From Patescibacteria group bacterium (GTDB lineage: Bacteria; Patescibacteriota; Patescibacteriia; Patescibacteriales; UBA12465), in assembly GCA_041661685.1 (NCBI GenBank), contig JBAZTY010000004.1, forward strand, positions 9,359-73,358: a stretch of 64,000 bases of DNA, given 5' to 3'. This document shows positions 1 through 10,435 of the stretch, one piece after another. The translations under genes and the position numbers were made by a program. Within the stretch, counting starts at the first letter, position 1. Each line of letters opens with the position of its first letter. The notes beneath the pieces were generated by a model. That model was not told where the DNA came from and searched no databases. It saw only the letters and a program-made list of their open reading frames with translations.

Positions 1-1107
1 CCTTCGACCAAACAGATTTCTCTCATTTCTATCCCGCGCGACCTAGTCGCTCCGGTCAGTAATTGGCAGAAAGTAAACAGCATCAACGCTTATGCCGAAA
101 AAGCTAATCCGGGCAGCGGCGGCGAAGTAACCTCAAAAGCCTTCACGGAATTATTGCAGACGCCGATAGATTATTATATCCGGGTAGACTTCAGCGGCTT
201 CTCTAATATTATCGACGAGCTCGGCGGAATTCAAGTTAATGTAGAAAATACTCTGGATGATTATTCTTACCCGATTCTCGGCCAAGAAGATAACCCGAGC
301 TATTATTCCCGCTATGAACACCTGCACATCGAGAAAGGGCTACAGACCATGGATGGATCATTAGCTTTAAAATATGCTCGCAGCCGGCATGCGGCCGGCG
401 GAGAAGGCTCGGATTTTTCTCGAGCCAAGCGCCAGCAATTGGTCTTGGAGGCGGTAAAAGATAAACTTCTTTCCAGCAAGACCTTATTGAATCCGGTCAT
501 GATTACGAAACTAGTCAATGAGTTCAGCAAAGATATCTCGACCAATCTTAATGCCTGGGAAGTGCTGCGTCTCTGGGAAATGTTCAAGGATGTCGACCGC
601 GCTCAGATTATCAATAAAGTATTAAGCGATGCTCCGGATGGATTATTAGTATCTGGCATGGGGGAAAACGGCGCTTATATTCTTACTCCACGGTCCGGTA
701 ATTTCTCCGAGGTCAGAAATCTAGTTAAGAATATTTTTGCTACTTCCTCGACCGAAGCAATTACTAATTCAACCAGAACGATAGCCAGAATAAATGACGA
801 GGCAAAAGTAGCCATCCTGAACGGCACTTGGATCAGTGGCTTGGCTGGAAAAACAGCTGTCATTCTCGAACAGTCCGGATTCGTCATCTCCAAAACTGGC
901 AACTCCCCTGAGAGAGATTATGCCCAAACCACTGTCTATAGCTTAGCCACGACGACCATCAAAGAAAAATCATTAAAGACCTTAAAAATCTTGACCGGCG
1001 CTACGCAGTCTTTTGACCTCCCGGCCTGGGCAAGCGAATATCAGGACGCTAGTTCTACTCCCGATTTCTTATTGATTATCGGAACGGACGCTAATAAAGC
1101 CGAATAA
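1..1107 (+). CDS. LytR-CpsA-Psr (LCP) family cell-envelope phosphotransferase, 5' end cut by window edge
   Basis: Frame 1 is open from base 1 (PSTKQISLISIPRDLVAPV...) and runs into the listed 154..1107 ORF. LCP-type motifs SIPRD, LALKYARSRH and RAKRQQ are present, with a LytR_C-like C-terminal tail. Confidence 0.8.
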   Translation, partial: PSTKQISLISIPRDLVAPVSNWQKVNSINAYAEKANPGSGGEVTSKAFTELLQTPIDYYIRVDFSGFSNIIDELGGIQVNVENTLDDYSYPILGQEDNPSYYSRYEHLHIEKGLQTMDGSLALKYARSRHAAGGEGSDFSRAKRQQLVLEAVKDKLLSSKTLLNPVMITKLVNEFSKDISTNLNAWEVLRLWEMFKDVDRAQIINKVLSDAPDGLLVSGMGENGAYILTPRSGNFSEVRNLVKNIFATSSTEAITNSTRTIARINDEAKVAILNGTWISGLAGKTAVILEQSGFVISKTGNSPERDYAQTTVYSLATTTIKEKSLKTLKILTGATQSFDLPAWASEYQDASSTPDFLLIIGTDANKAE

Positions 1108-1118
1108 ATAAGAACCAT

Positions 1119-2558
1119 ATGGAAAAACCTAAAAAGATCCTACCGCTTGTCGTCATTTGCGGTCGGACTAATGTCGGCAAATCAACTCTTTTCAATTGCT
1201 TAGTCGAAAAAAGACAAGCAATGGTTTCTGATATCGCCGGAACGACTCGCGATAGCAACCTCGGCACAGTCGAATGGGCACACAGCGCCTTTGACCTCGT
1301 CGACACGGCGGGCATAATCGATTCGCGCGCGCTAAGCAATAAAAAAATATTGGAAAATGATATCGACAGCCAAACCCAGCGCCAGGCCCGGCATTATCTT
1401 GATCAGGCCAATCTAATCTTATTCTTAGTAGATACAAAAACTGGGCTCTTGCCGGAAGACAAAAGCTTAGCTATCGGACTGAAAAAGAATTCGGAATATC
1501 GCAAGAAAACTATAGTCGTCGCCAATAAGGTAGATAACTTCAAGAATGCTTCCGAAACCGCCCAATTCAATCAACTCGGACTCGGAGAACCTTATATTAT
1601 TTCCGCGGCTAGCGGCTTAGGCACTGGCGATCTCTTAGACGTAATCATTGATAAGCTCGACAAGCCGAAAAAGAATAAAAAAGCTATTGAGGAGACGACT
1701 GAGAAGATTAGCGCCTGTATCATCGGCAAGCCGAACGTCGGCAAGTCATCGCTATTAAACGCCATTCTCGGCTATGAAAGAGTTATCGTCAGTCCTATCG
1801 CTCATACTACTCGCGAACCGCAGGATACGAAGATAATCTATAAAGGACAAAGCATTAATCTGATTGATACGGCCGGAGTTGCCCGCCATAGTCGCAATGC
1901 TATCGGTTTTGAAAAATTAGGCGTTCAGAAATCCTTAAGATCATTAGACCGAGCCGATATCGCTTTACTAGTCATGGATATCAGTGAACCGATAACTCAT
2001 CAAGACGCTAAGCTCATCCAAGAAATAAAAGACCGAGGCAAGAGCTTAATCTTTATCGCCAATAAATGGGATAAGATTAAAGAACACGACCCTAAGAAAT
2101 GGACGGAGATTATCTATGATAAATTTCCTTTCGCGACTTGGGCGCCCATCCAGTTTATTTCCGCTAAAACCGGCGACAAGGTCAATAAAATATTGGATCT
2201 CGTAGTAACCGTGTCGGCCCAGAGAAAATTAGAATTAAGCGAATCGCAATGCAATAAATTCATGAAATCGGTCGTTAAAATCCATAAGCCGGCCAAAGGC
2301 AAGGGAACTAAATCGCCGCGTATCTATGAATTTTTCCAACAGGATCATAACCCGCCGCATTTCCTCGTTAGAATTGGCCCGGATGATGATCTTCATTTCT
2401 CTTATGTCCGTTTCATGGAAAACCGCCTGAGAGAACGATACGGCTTTACCGGTACGCCCATAAGTCTACATGTCACTAAGAATAAAAAATCGCATACTAC
2501 TTATAACGTCAGACCAGAAGGAGATTGGTCTGATGATCTAAGCTCTAGTGAAGAATAG
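1119..2558 (+). CDS. der: Ribosome-associated GTPase Der/EngA (tandem GTPase domains plus KH-like C-terminus)
   Basis: Two P-loops (GRTNVGKSTLFN and GKPNVGKSSLLN), two DTAG motifs and two NKxD motifs (ANKVD, ANKWD). Confidence 0.93.
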   Translation: MEKPKKILPLVVICGRTNVGKSTLFNCLVEKRQAMVSDIAGTTRDSNLGTVEWAHSAFDLVDTAGIIDSRALSNKKILENDIDSQTQRQARHYLDQANLILFLVDTKTGLLPEDKSLAIGLKKNSEYRKKTIVVANKVDNFKNASETAQFNQLGLGEPYIISAASGLGTGDLLDVIIDKLDKPKKNKKAIEETTEKISACIIGKPNVGKSSLLNAILGYERVIVSPIAHTTREPQDTKIIYKGQSINLIDTAGVARHSRNAIGFEKLGVQKSLRSLDRADIALLVMDISEPITHQDAKLIQEIKDRGKSLIFIANKWDKIKEHDPKKWTEIIYDKFPFATWAPIQFISAKTGDKVNKILDLVVTVSAQRKLELSESQCNKFMKSVVKIHKPAKGKGTKSPRIYEFFQQDHNPPHFLVRIGPDDDLHFSYVRFMENRLRERYGFTGTPISLHVTKNKKSHTTYNVRPEGDWSDDLSSSEE

Positions 2559-2561
2559 CCT

Positions 2562-3110
2562 ATGAAAATCATTGTCGGCCTGGGCAATCCCGGGGAACAA
2601 TATAAAAATACGCGTCATAACGCCGGCTGGCTATTTTTAGACAGCCTGCTTAGCGATGTAAAATGGTCCGAGAATAAAAAATTCAACGCGCTCATCCACG
2701 AGGATGGAGATTTGTTATTTGTTAAGCCTCTAACCTTCATGAATGAATCCGGAACTAGCGTTCGAAAAATAATGGATTACTACGGACTATTGCCTAAGAA
2801 CTTCGGTCTCATCGGCAAGAAAGACTCTGAACTGAATGATGTCCTAATAGTCATACATGATGAGCTAGATTTGGATTTCGGAAATTACAAGATTGCGACT
2901 GATTCCGGCAGCGCCGGCCATCGCGGTGTCCAATCAATCATTGATCATCTCAAGACCAAAAAATTCACCCGGCTCAGATTAGGAATCAAGAACGAATTAT
3001 TGCGCACCCATATTCCTCCGGAAAAATTTGTCCTGGATAATTTCAGCCGGGAAGAGAAAGAAAAGCTCAAAGAATTATCCGGCCAGATCAATATCAAAGA
3101 AATAAGATAA
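2562..3110 (+). CDS. pth: Peptidyl-tRNA hydrolase
   Basis: N-terminus MKIIVGLGNPGEQYKNTRHNAGW, plus FMNESG and GHRGVQSI motifs typical of Pth. Confidence 0.93.
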   Translation: MKIIVGLGNPGEQYKNTRHNAGWLFLDSLLSDVKWSENKKFNALIHEDGDLLFVKPLTFMNESGTSVRKIMDYYGLLPKNFGLIGKKDSELNDVLIVIHDELDLDFGNYKIATDSGSAGHRGVQSIIDHLKTKKFTRLRLGIKNELLRTHIPPEKFVLDNFSREEKEKLKELSGQINIKEIR

Positions 3111-3115
3111 ACATA

Positions 3116-3150
3116 AAATCCCCCTAAAAAATTTAGGGGGATTTTATTTA
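3116..3150 (+). terminator. Rho-independent terminator after pth
   Basis: AAATCCCCCTAAA / TTTAGGGGGATTT inverted repeat followed by a T-rich tract. Confidence 0.7.
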
Positions 3151-3157
3151 TAAAAAT

Positions 3158-4309
3158 ATGATTTATGAAAACCGCTATTATTATCTCGCCTTTAATCATT
3201 TCAAAAAAATAGGCTTGGTAAATATGAAAAGGCTAGAAAAATTCTTTCCTGATGTGCGCCAGGCATTTTTTGCGAATACTATAGAATTAGAACGAGCCGG
3301 AATAAAATCGTCTTTGGCGGATGATTTCATCAAATGGAGAAAAACTTCGGCGGCTTCTATTGAAGATATGCTCAATATCTTAGAAAAAGAAGGAATATCT
3401 TTCATTACCTGGAATGATCATAATTATCCACCTCTGCTTAAAGAAATATCGTCCCCGCCGCCAGTCCTATATTATAAAGGAAGGCTGAATAATGAAGCAG
3501 ACGGGCGTTTAGCCGTTGTCGGCTCGCGAAAATTCAGCGCTTACGGAGAAAAAGCTATTACCGCGCTATTGCCAGAAATAATTGAATCGAAAATAAACAT
3601 CATCAGTGGTCTGGCTTTAGGAATAGACACGCTAGCGCATCAAAAAGCTTTAGAGCTTAAAGGAAAAACTTGGGCGGTTCTCGGATCAGGGCTAGATAGG
3701 AAGAGTATTTATCCGGCTAGCAATCGCCGGCTCGCGCAAGAAATAATAGACAGCGGCGGCGCTCTAATTTCAGAATTTCCGCCTGGCACTCCGCCATACC
3801 AGCAGAATTTTCCGCAACGCAATCGTATCATCGCCGGCTTGACGCAAGCGACGCTCGTAATCGAGGCGAAAGAAAAATCTGGTGCCTTGATCACGGCCGA
3901 TTATGCCTTAGAGGAAAATCGGGAAGTATTGGCTGTTCCTGGTAATATATTTTCCGAATTTTCTGCCGGACCGAACAAGCTTATTAAGTCCGGAGCCAAA
4001 ACGATAACAAGCCATGAAGATATATTAGAAGTTTATGGATTAGATAAAAAATCGAATAATAATTCAAGCACTAGGAATAAAATAACTAAGCAACGCGCCG
4101 CCAGCCAGCTATCTTTCTCTTTTAATAATGAGGCGGAAACCATCGTTTATAAGCTGTTAAAAGAAACTTCAGAACGCGCAGAAAAAATTAGCGCCGACGA
4201 AATCATCAGAAAAACTAAACTTGACACGTCGGTCATAAATAGTACACTAAGTATATTAGAGCTCCGAGGGATTGCTAAAAACAGCGAATCCGGCTATGAT
4301 TTAAATTAA
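3158..4309 (+). CDS. dprA: DNA-processing protein DprA (Rossmann-like DNA-binding fold plus C-terminal winged-helix)
   Basis: VVGSRKFSAYGEKA, GLALGIDTLAHQKAL, FPQRNRIIAGL and GALITADYALEENREV are the characteristic DprA/Smf core. Confidence 0.85.
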   Translation: MIYENRYYYLAFNHFKKIGLVNMKRLEKFFPDVRQAFFANTIELERAGIKSSLADDFIKWRKTSAASIEDMLNILEKEGISFITWNDHNYPPLLKEISSPPPVLYYKGRLNNEADGRLAVVGSRKFSAYGEKAITALLPEIIESKINIISGLALGIDTLAHQKALELKGKTWAVLGSGLDRKSIYPASNRRLAQEIIDSGGALISEFPPGTPPYQQNFPQRNRIIAGLTQATLVIEAKEKSGALITADYALEENREVLAVPGNIFSEFSAGPNKLIKSGAKTITSHEDILEVYGLDKKSNNNSSTRNKITKQRAASQLSFSFNNEAETIVYKLLKETSERAEKISADEIIRKTKLDTSVINSTLSILELRGIAKNSESGYDLN

Positions 4310-4322
4310 ATTACACAGCTTT

Positions 4323-6548
4323 ATGACTTTAATAATCGTCGAGTCTCCAACTAAAGCCAAGACTATCAGCAAATTCCTGGGCAAAGAATACAAGGTCGAA
4401 TCTTCATTCGGCCATATTCGCGATCTTCCGAAAAGCGAGATGGGCGTCGATATCGAACACGGCTTCACTCCGAAATATATCATTCCAACTAAAGCCAAGA
4501 AGATCGTCACTGGCTTGAAAGCTGACGCCAAAAAAGCGACAGAGGTGATTCTAGCGTCTGATGAAGACCGCGAAGGAGAAGCTATCTCTTGGCATCTGAT
4601 CCAGGCCTTGGGCTTGGATGAAAAGAAGGCGAAGAGAATCGCTTTCCATGAAATCACTAAGAACGCCATTTTAGAAGCTTTAGAAAAACCGCGCCATCTC
4701 GACCTGAATATGGTCGATGCGCAACAGGCACGCCGCGTCCTTGATCGCCTAGTCGGTTACGAGCTTTCTCCTTTTTTATGGAAGAAAGTAGCTAAAGGCC
4801 TATCCGCCGGACGCGTCCAAAGCGTCGCCACCCGCTTGATAGTCGAAAGAGAGAGAGAAATACAGGCTTTTATCACTGAAGAATACTGGAGCCTGTCGGC
4901 CGATTTCAGCGGCAGTACTAAAGAAGAGAAATTCACCGCCGACTTATATAAAATCAGAAATAAGACTTTTGATAAGCTGAGCATCAAGAAATCAGAAGCA
5001 GATGAACTAAAAAAAATTCTGCATCAGGCTGAATACACTATCGAAAAAATCGAAAAGAAAGAGGTCAACAAGAATCCGGGCGCTCCGTTCACGACCTCGA
5101 CCTTGCAGCAATCAGCTAATCGCCACTTAGGTTTCAGCGCTAAGCAGACTATGGCCGTCGCTCAGAAATTATATGAAGAGGGGCATATCACCTACATGCG
5201 TACCGACTCTCTTAACCTGTCTCCGAAATTCTTAGGAGATGCCGAGGAATGGATTAAGAAAAATCTAGGCGCTGACTACGTCGTCAAAGGCGGACGAAAA
5301 TTCAAGAATAAGAGCAAAAACGCTCAAGAGGCTCATGAGGCCGTTCGTCCGACTGAGGCCGCAAATACTCCTGAGATATTAGCCGCTAAATTAGATAAGA
5401 ACCAGGAACGTTTATACCGCTTGATCTGGCAACGGGCCGTGGCCAGCCAGATGACGGCTGCCAAGATGGCCGCTACTGCTATCGACGTAAAAGCTTTGGA
5501 TAACAAAGAAATCTATATCTTCCGCGCCAATGGGCAAACTCTGATCTTCCCTGGATACTTGAAAGTCTGGCCGGAAAAAACCAAGGAGCAAGAATTGCCG
5601 CTCGTGGAAGAGAAGCAATCTGTCATCATGATTGATCTGCGCACTGACCAGCACTCTACCAACCCGCCAGCTAGATTTTCCGATGCCAGCTTGGTTAAAG
5701 AACTAGAAAAATATGACATCGGCCGTCCGTCTACTTACGCGCCGACAATCAATACGATTATCGTCCGCAATTATGTGGAACGTGATGAAAACAAAAAACT
5801 GAAACCAACCAGCATCGCTTTCGTCGTCACTGATCTATTATTGAAGCATTTCCCGAAGATTGTCGACTATAAATTCACGGCCGCCATGGAAAATGACTTA
5901 GACCTGATTGCGGACGGCCAGAAGGGCTGGCAGCTAGTAATTGGAGATTTCTATCACGACTTCCATGATAACCTGGAGAAAAAATATACAGAAATTAATA
6001 AGAACGATATTATGCCTGAAGAAAAATCAACCGAGGTCTGCGACAAGTGTGGTGCGCCCATGATCATCAAGACCGGGCGTTACGGAAAATTCCTAGCTTG
6101 CAGCGCTTTCCCTGAATGCCGCAATATCAAAAAGATGTCCGGCGAACAGGGAGGAGAAAAAAAAGAGCCGGATGCTAAGACCCTGGAGCTAGAAAAGAAA
6201 TATGCCGGCCAAGTCTGCGACAAATGCGGTTCGCCGATGAAAGTCAGGGTCGGGAAGTACGGCCCGTTCCTAGCTTGTTCTGCCTATCCGAAATGCAAGA
6301 ACATTAAGAATATCGATCAGCCTGGAGACGGGAAGGAAATCGCCTGTCCAATCTGCGGCGATGGCAAGATTGTCAAAAAATTCAGCAAGCGCGGCGCTTT
6401 CTATGCCTGCAGCAACTATCCGAAATGCAAGAACGCTTATTGGGGCCAGCCGACCGGGGAAAAATGTCCGGACTGCGAAGCTCTCTTAGTCACCGACAAG
6501 GACGGAGAGATAAAATGCAGTAATCGCGGCTGCGGATACAAGAAATAA
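4323..6548 (+). CDS. topA: DNA topoisomerase I (type IA) with four C-terminal zinc ribbons
   Basis: Toprim start LIIVESPTKAKTISKFLG and DEDREGE. Active-site region ITYMRTDS. Four CxxC...CxxxxxC fingers (for example CDKCGAPMIIKTGRYGKFLACSAFPEC). Confidence 0.95.
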   Translation: MTLIIVESPTKAKTISKFLGKEYKVESSFGHIRDLPKSEMGVDIEHGFTPKYIIPTKAKKIVTGLKADAKKATEVILASDEDREGEAISWHLIQALGLDEKKAKRIAFHEITKNAILEALEKPRHLDLNMVDAQQARRVLDRLVGYELSPFLWKKVAKGLSAGRVQSVATRLIVEREREIQAFITEEYWSLSADFSGSTKEEKFTADLYKIRNKTFDKLSIKKSEADELKKILHQAEYTIEKIEKKEVNKNPGAPFTTSTLQQSANRHLGFSAKQTMAVAQKLYEEGHITYMRTDSLNLSPKFLGDAEEWIKKNLGADYVVKGGRKFKNKSKNAQEAHEAVRPTEAANTPEILAAKLDKNQERLYRLIWQRAVASQMTAAKMAATAIDVKALDNKEIYIFRANGQTLIFPGYLKVWPEKTKEQELPLVEEKQSVIMIDLRTDQHSTNPPARFSDASLVKELEKYDIGRPSTYAPTINTIIVRNYVERDENKKLKPTSIAFVVTDLLLKHFPKIVDYKFTAAMENDLDLIADGQKGWQLVIGDFYHDFHDNLEKKYTEINKNDIMPEEKSTEVCDKCGAPMIIKTGRYGKFLACSAFPECRNIKKMSGEQGGEKKEPDAKTLELEKKYAGQVCDKCGSPMKVRVGKYGPFLACSAYPKCKNIKNIDQPGDGKEIACPICGDGKIVKKFSKRGAFYACSNYPKCKNAYWGQPTGEKCPDCEALLVTDKDGEIKCSNRGCGYKK

Positions 6549-6591
6549 GCTGATAGTACTGGTAGCGTGAACTTCAGATCGACAGACACAC

Positions 6592-6621
6592 AAAAAATAG
6601 CCCAGCCAGGCTATTTTTTTA
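6592..6621. terminator. Bidirectional rho-independent terminator between topA and the convergent pheST operon
   Basis: A-run, ATAGCC/GGCTAT stem, then T-run (AAAAAATAGCCCAGCCAGGCTATTTTTTT). Confidence 0.75.
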
Positions 6622-6653
6622 TGCTTAACAGATTATAGATTTCCTCGGCTATT

Positions 6654-6947
6654 TTATTTCTTCTTTCCGGCCGCTTTCTTTTCCCGTTTCTCCTGAACGA
6701 ATTCCATGGCCCGCTTCGCCATCTCCCCTAAAATCATAAAATAAGTGGCGCTATTCTTTAATTTATCTTTAGCGATATCGATGACTTCTTCCGCCTTGGC
6801 GACGCCAGCCTCAACCCTCTTAATCAGCCGATATATCCTCTGGGCGCTAGCGATGAAGTAATAAATCGCCCAGCAGAGGAAGAAGGTCAGCGAGACTAGA
6901 CAGACAGATAGGACTAAATTCAAGACATCGCTAGAAGTAGAGAACAT
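6654..6947 (-). CDS. Small N-terminally anchored coiled-coil protein (DUF948-like), function unknown
   Basis: One hydrophobic helix (LVLSVCLVSLTFFLCWAIYYFIA) followed by a charged helical tail. It is the last gene of the valS-pheST strand. The family assignment is tentative. Confidence 0.5.
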   Translation of the reverse strand: MFSTSSDVLNLVLSVCLVSLTFFLCWAIYYFIASAQRIYRLIKRVEAGVAKAEEVIDIAKDKLKNSATYFMILGEMAKRAMEFVQEKREKKAAGKKK

Positions 6948-6967
6948 ATGATTTTTTATTTAATGAT

Positions 6968-9397
6968 TTAAAAGTCTCTTAATCTGACTTCGAATTTCTG
7001 AGCAAGATGAGCGACTAGATCTGTCTGGATCTTATCGACTTCGCCGGCAGTCAGGGTCCGGTCTTCTGATTGGTAAGAGAGATGGAAAGCTAAGCTCTTC
7101 TTGCCGCCTTCCAATTTATTTCCGATATAGACATCAAACAGTTCAACGGATCTAATCAGAGGATTGAATCGGCTCATCTCTCGCCTTAAATCATTATACA
7201 ATATTTTATTCTCAACTACAAAGGCTACGTCGCGCATCACTGGCGGATATTTCGGCGCTTCAGCGAAATGAAAAGATGGCTGGCCGAGAACTAGCTCGAC
7301 TAGCTTATTGAAATTCAATTCTGCCAGAGCGGCTCCTCTCTTAAGATTCATATTATTGATGACCTCCTGGCTAAGAGACCCGACAATGCCAATTTCTTGT
7401 CCGAACACTAGAACTTTCGCAATCGCATATTTGTCCGCCCAGCCCGGCGTCCCATCAATTATGGAAAATTCTGCTTCGGTATGCTGGTTAAAGATATTCT
7501 TGAATAAGCTATCAATGATGCTCTTGAGCTGCCCGAAGTTATCTTCTTCTCCGGTAACGGCCAGACCGAGACGTTTTTCCTGATAGGGCAGGAAATTTCC
7601 TTCAGTCTCGTCCTTCCGAATATTTCCCGGGTTCTTAAAAAAGGCGCTGCCGATCTCGAAGAAGCCGAATCTCTCGCTCTTGAATTGATTGGCTTTAATG
7701 TTGCTAGCCAATCCGGGGGCGAGGGACTGACGCAAGAGATTCTGAATGCCCGAAAGCGGATTAGCCAACTTGAGATAATTGAAGAAATCTATGTTCATCT
7801 TCTTCAGCTGGTCTTCACCAACGAAAGAATAATTATAAGCTTCATTAAGAGAATTCTTAAGGCTGAGAATATTCTTGATCTTCCGCTCGATCTTCCGCTC
7901 TTCGTTGACTTCCGGGAGATCCATCGTAAAGACCGGCAAACGCGACTCGATATTATTATAACCGTAAAGCCTGAGCACTTCCTCGGCGACATCTTCTTTG
8001 CTAGAAACGTCTTTAGTCGCGCGCCAAGAAGGAACAGCCACTTTCAAAACCGCACTCTTCTGGTCTTCAATAGTAAATCCGAGCTTTTCAAGAATATTAA
8101 TCACCTCTTCGCGGGGAATCTCCTGACCGATCTTATTCTTCAACCAGTCTAAATCCAAATCAACCGTCAATTTATTCTTATCGGTATTATCAATATCTAT
8201 GAGAGCGCTGACTATCTCCATCTTCGGGCAGATCTCTTTCAGAAGCGTCAAAAAACGAAACATGGCTTGTTCAGTTAAGGCCGGATCAAGGGCTTTTTCA
8301 AAACGAACCGAAGCCTCAGTCCGCAAACCTAATTTCTGGGAAGTCTTGCGCACGCTGCCAGCTAAAAAATTAGCTGATTCTAACACTAACCCCGTAGTCT
8401 CAGCATTAATCTCGCTATTATGCCCGCCCATAACGCCGGCGATCGCTACGGCCTGATGACCGTCGGTAATGACTAAATCATCAGAAGATAAGACGCGCTC
8501 TTTCTCATCAAGAGTCTCGATGGTTTCGCCTTTATCGGCGCGACGGACGACAATCTTCTTAATCTTCGCGGCATCAAAAGCATGCATCGGCTGACCGCAA
8601 TCAAACATGACATAATTAGTCAGATCGACGATATTATTGATCGGGCGCTGATTGGCGGCTACTAATCTTTCCTTGAGCCAGGCCGGAGATTCTTTCACTT
8701 CGATATTACTCACCGCCACCGCCATATAGCGCGGACAAGCATCGAGAGCAGATACTTTAACTTCCAATTTATTTTCCTTGTCGCTTAAAAATTTCCATTT
8801 ACGATCAAGCATTTTTTCATAGGGCTTCAGAGCCAGACTGAAAATGGCCGCCAGCTCGCGAGCTAACCCATAATGATTCAAGAGATCGGGACGATTAGAT
8901 AAGGATTTATTATCTATCTCTAAAATAATATCGTCAGCTTTCAGATATTTAGCAAATGATTCTCCGATCTTAGCGCTGTCTCTTAAGACCATGATGCCTT
9001 CATGATTCTTGCCCAGCCCTAATTCATCTTCCGCGCAGATCATGCCTTCTGATTTCTCGCCGCGGATAAGAGATTCTTTTATTTCTAAGCCATTAGGGAG
9101 AACAGCGCCGATCATAGCGACCGCGACCAACTGTCCGGCGGCGACATTAGGCGCGCCGCAGACGATATTTAGTTTTTTCTTCTTAACGTCGACGACAGTC
9201 AAGCGCAGGCGGTCGGCGTTAGGATGCTTGGACACTTCCAAAACCTTGCCGACGACAACATTATTGAATTGAGCGGCGGAATTTACCAGACCTTCAACTT
9301 CGACCGTATGATTAGTTAGTTCGGTCGCGATATCTTCCGGCTTTATCTTTGACGGTATCTTAACGTAATCTTTTAACCAATTAAGCGATATATACAT
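6968..9397 (-). CDS. pheT: Phenylalanine--tRNA ligase beta subunit
   Basis: 809 aa. N-terminal tRNA-binding domain (MYISLNWLKDY..., VCGAPNV), B3/4, B5 and FDX-ACB-like C-terminus. Immediately downstream of pheS. Confidence 0.95.
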   Translation of the reverse strand: MYISLNWLKDYVKIPSKIKPEDIATELTNHTVEVEGLVNSAAQFNNVVVGKVLEVSKHPNADRLRLTVVDVKKKKLNIVCGAPNVAAGQLVAVAMIGAVLPNGLEIKESLIRGEKSEGMICAEDELGLGKNHEGIMVLRDSAKIGESFAKYLKADDIILEIDNKSLSNRPDLLNHYGLARELAAIFSLALKPYEKMLDRKWKFLSDKENKLEVKVSALDACPRYMAVAVSNIEVKESPAWLKERLVAANQRPINNIVDLTNYVMFDCGQPMHAFDAAKIKKIVVRRADKGETIETLDEKERVLSSDDLVITDGHQAVAIAGVMGGHNSEINAETTGLVLESANFLAGSVRKTSQKLGLRTEASVRFEKALDPALTEQAMFRFLTLLKEICPKMEIVSALIDIDNTDKNKLTVDLDLDWLKNKIGQEIPREEVINILEKLGFTIEDQKSAVLKVAVPSWRATKDVSSKEDVAEEVLRLYGYNNIESRLPVFTMDLPEVNEERKIERKIKNILSLKNSLNEAYNYSFVGEDQLKKMNIDFFNYLKLANPLSGIQNLLRQSLAPGLASNIKANQFKSERFGFFEIGSAFFKNPGNIRKDETEGNFLPYQEKRLGLAVTGEEDNFGQLKSIIDSLFKNIFNQHTEAEFSIIDGTPGWADKYAIAKVLVFGQEIGIVGSLSQEVINNMNLKRGAALAELNFNKLVELVLGQPSFHFAEAPKYPPVMRDVAFVVENKILYNDLRREMSRFNPLIRSVELFDVYIGNKLEGGKKSLAFHLSYQSEDRTLTAGEVDKIQTDLVAHLAQKFEVRLRDF

Positions 9398-9401
9398 ATG
9401 A

Positions 9402-10430
9402 TTAGAATTGCTCTAAGAATTTAAGATCGCCGCTATTGAACAAGCGAACGTCATTGATATTATATTTCAGCATCGCTAAGCGATTCAGGCCGAAACCGAA
9501 GGCTAAGCCGGAATATATTTCCGGGTCAATGCCGCCAGCACGCAAAACGTCAGGATGAATCAGACCGGCGCCGACTATCTCGAGCCAGCCGGTGTTCTTA
9601 CAGACACGGCAACCCTGGCCTTGGCACAAGAAACAGGTATATTCGCCATTATTACCCGGTTCAACGAACGGGAAGAACTTCGGACGCATCCTTAATTTAG
9701 TATTCGGGCCGAATAATTTCTGCCCGACTATCTCCAAGAAGCTCTTCAAATTAGCAAAATTGATATCCTTACCGATTACTATGCCCTCGACTTGATAAAA
9801 AGTATGTTCATGACGCGCATCCGTTGATTCATTACGGAAGCAGCGTCCCGGGATAAGTGCTTTCAGGGGCGCACCGTATTTCTGCATCGCCCTGATCTGG
9901 ACCGGGGAAGTCTGGGTGCGCATCAAGAGGTCGTACTGGCCGTCCTTATTCTTATAATCGACATAAAAAGTATCCTGCATATCTCTAGCAGGGTGATCAG
10001 CCGGCACGTTCAGAGCGGTAAAATTATAATAATCGCTTTCCAACTCCGGACCATCAAGAATCATAAAGCCTAAGGACGAAAAGATGTCTTCTAATTCATT
10101 CTGAACCAGAGTAATCGGATTCAGGTGCCCTTGCGGCAGAGAGGCGCCCGGCAGAGTGACATCCGCCTCATTATTCTTAGCGACAAAGCTATTCAGGGTA
10201 CTGCTCATATCATTGAACTTGCCCTGTAATTCGTTCTTGATATTATTAGCCAATTCGCCCGCCTCTTTTCTCAGCTCTCCACTCAGGTCTTTCAATCCGC
10301 TCATCGCTTCACTCAACCGGCCCTTGCGCGATAAGAATTTCAATTCTAAATCCCGCAGATGCTCGTTGTTCTGAACCTGCGCTAATTGGGCGAGAAATTC
10401 CTCGCGTAATTCATTAAGCTTATTTTTCAT
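9402..10430 (-). CDS. pheS: Phenylalanine--tRNA ligase alpha subunit
   Basis: Class II aaRS motifs: HPARDMQDTFY, FRNESTDARHEHTFYQVEG, GAGLIHPDVL, GLAFGFGLNRLAM. Confidence 0.95.
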   Translation of the reverse strand: MKNKLNELREEFLAQLAQVQNNEHLRDLELKFLSRKGRLSEAMSGLKDLSGELRKEAGELANNIKNELQGKFNDMSSTLNSFVAKNNEADVTLPGASLPQGHLNPITLVQNELEDIFSSLGFMILDGPELESDYYNFTALNVPADHPARDMQDTFYVDYKNKDGQYDLLMRTQTSPVQIRAMQKYGAPLKALIPGRCFRNESTDARHEHTFYQVEGIVIGKDINFANLKSFLEIVGQKLFGPNTKLRMRPKFFPFVEPGNNGEYTCFLCQGQGCRVCKNTGWLEIVGAGLIHPDVLRAGGIDPEIYSGLAFGFGLNRLAMLKYNINDVRLFNSGDLKFLEQF

Positions 10431-10435
10431 ATATT

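Noticed and set aside
7685-8152. 155-aa plus-strand ORF inside pheT. Similar antisense or shadow ORFs are at 4301..4669, 39026..39364, 46722..47042, 27357..27701, 51059..51526, 51853..52281, 55546..55923, 60301..60678 and 11986..12333.
   Set aside because: All are embedded antisense, or out of frame, within long ORFs that carry unambiguous family motifs. Their sequences are low-complexity shadows of the real frames.
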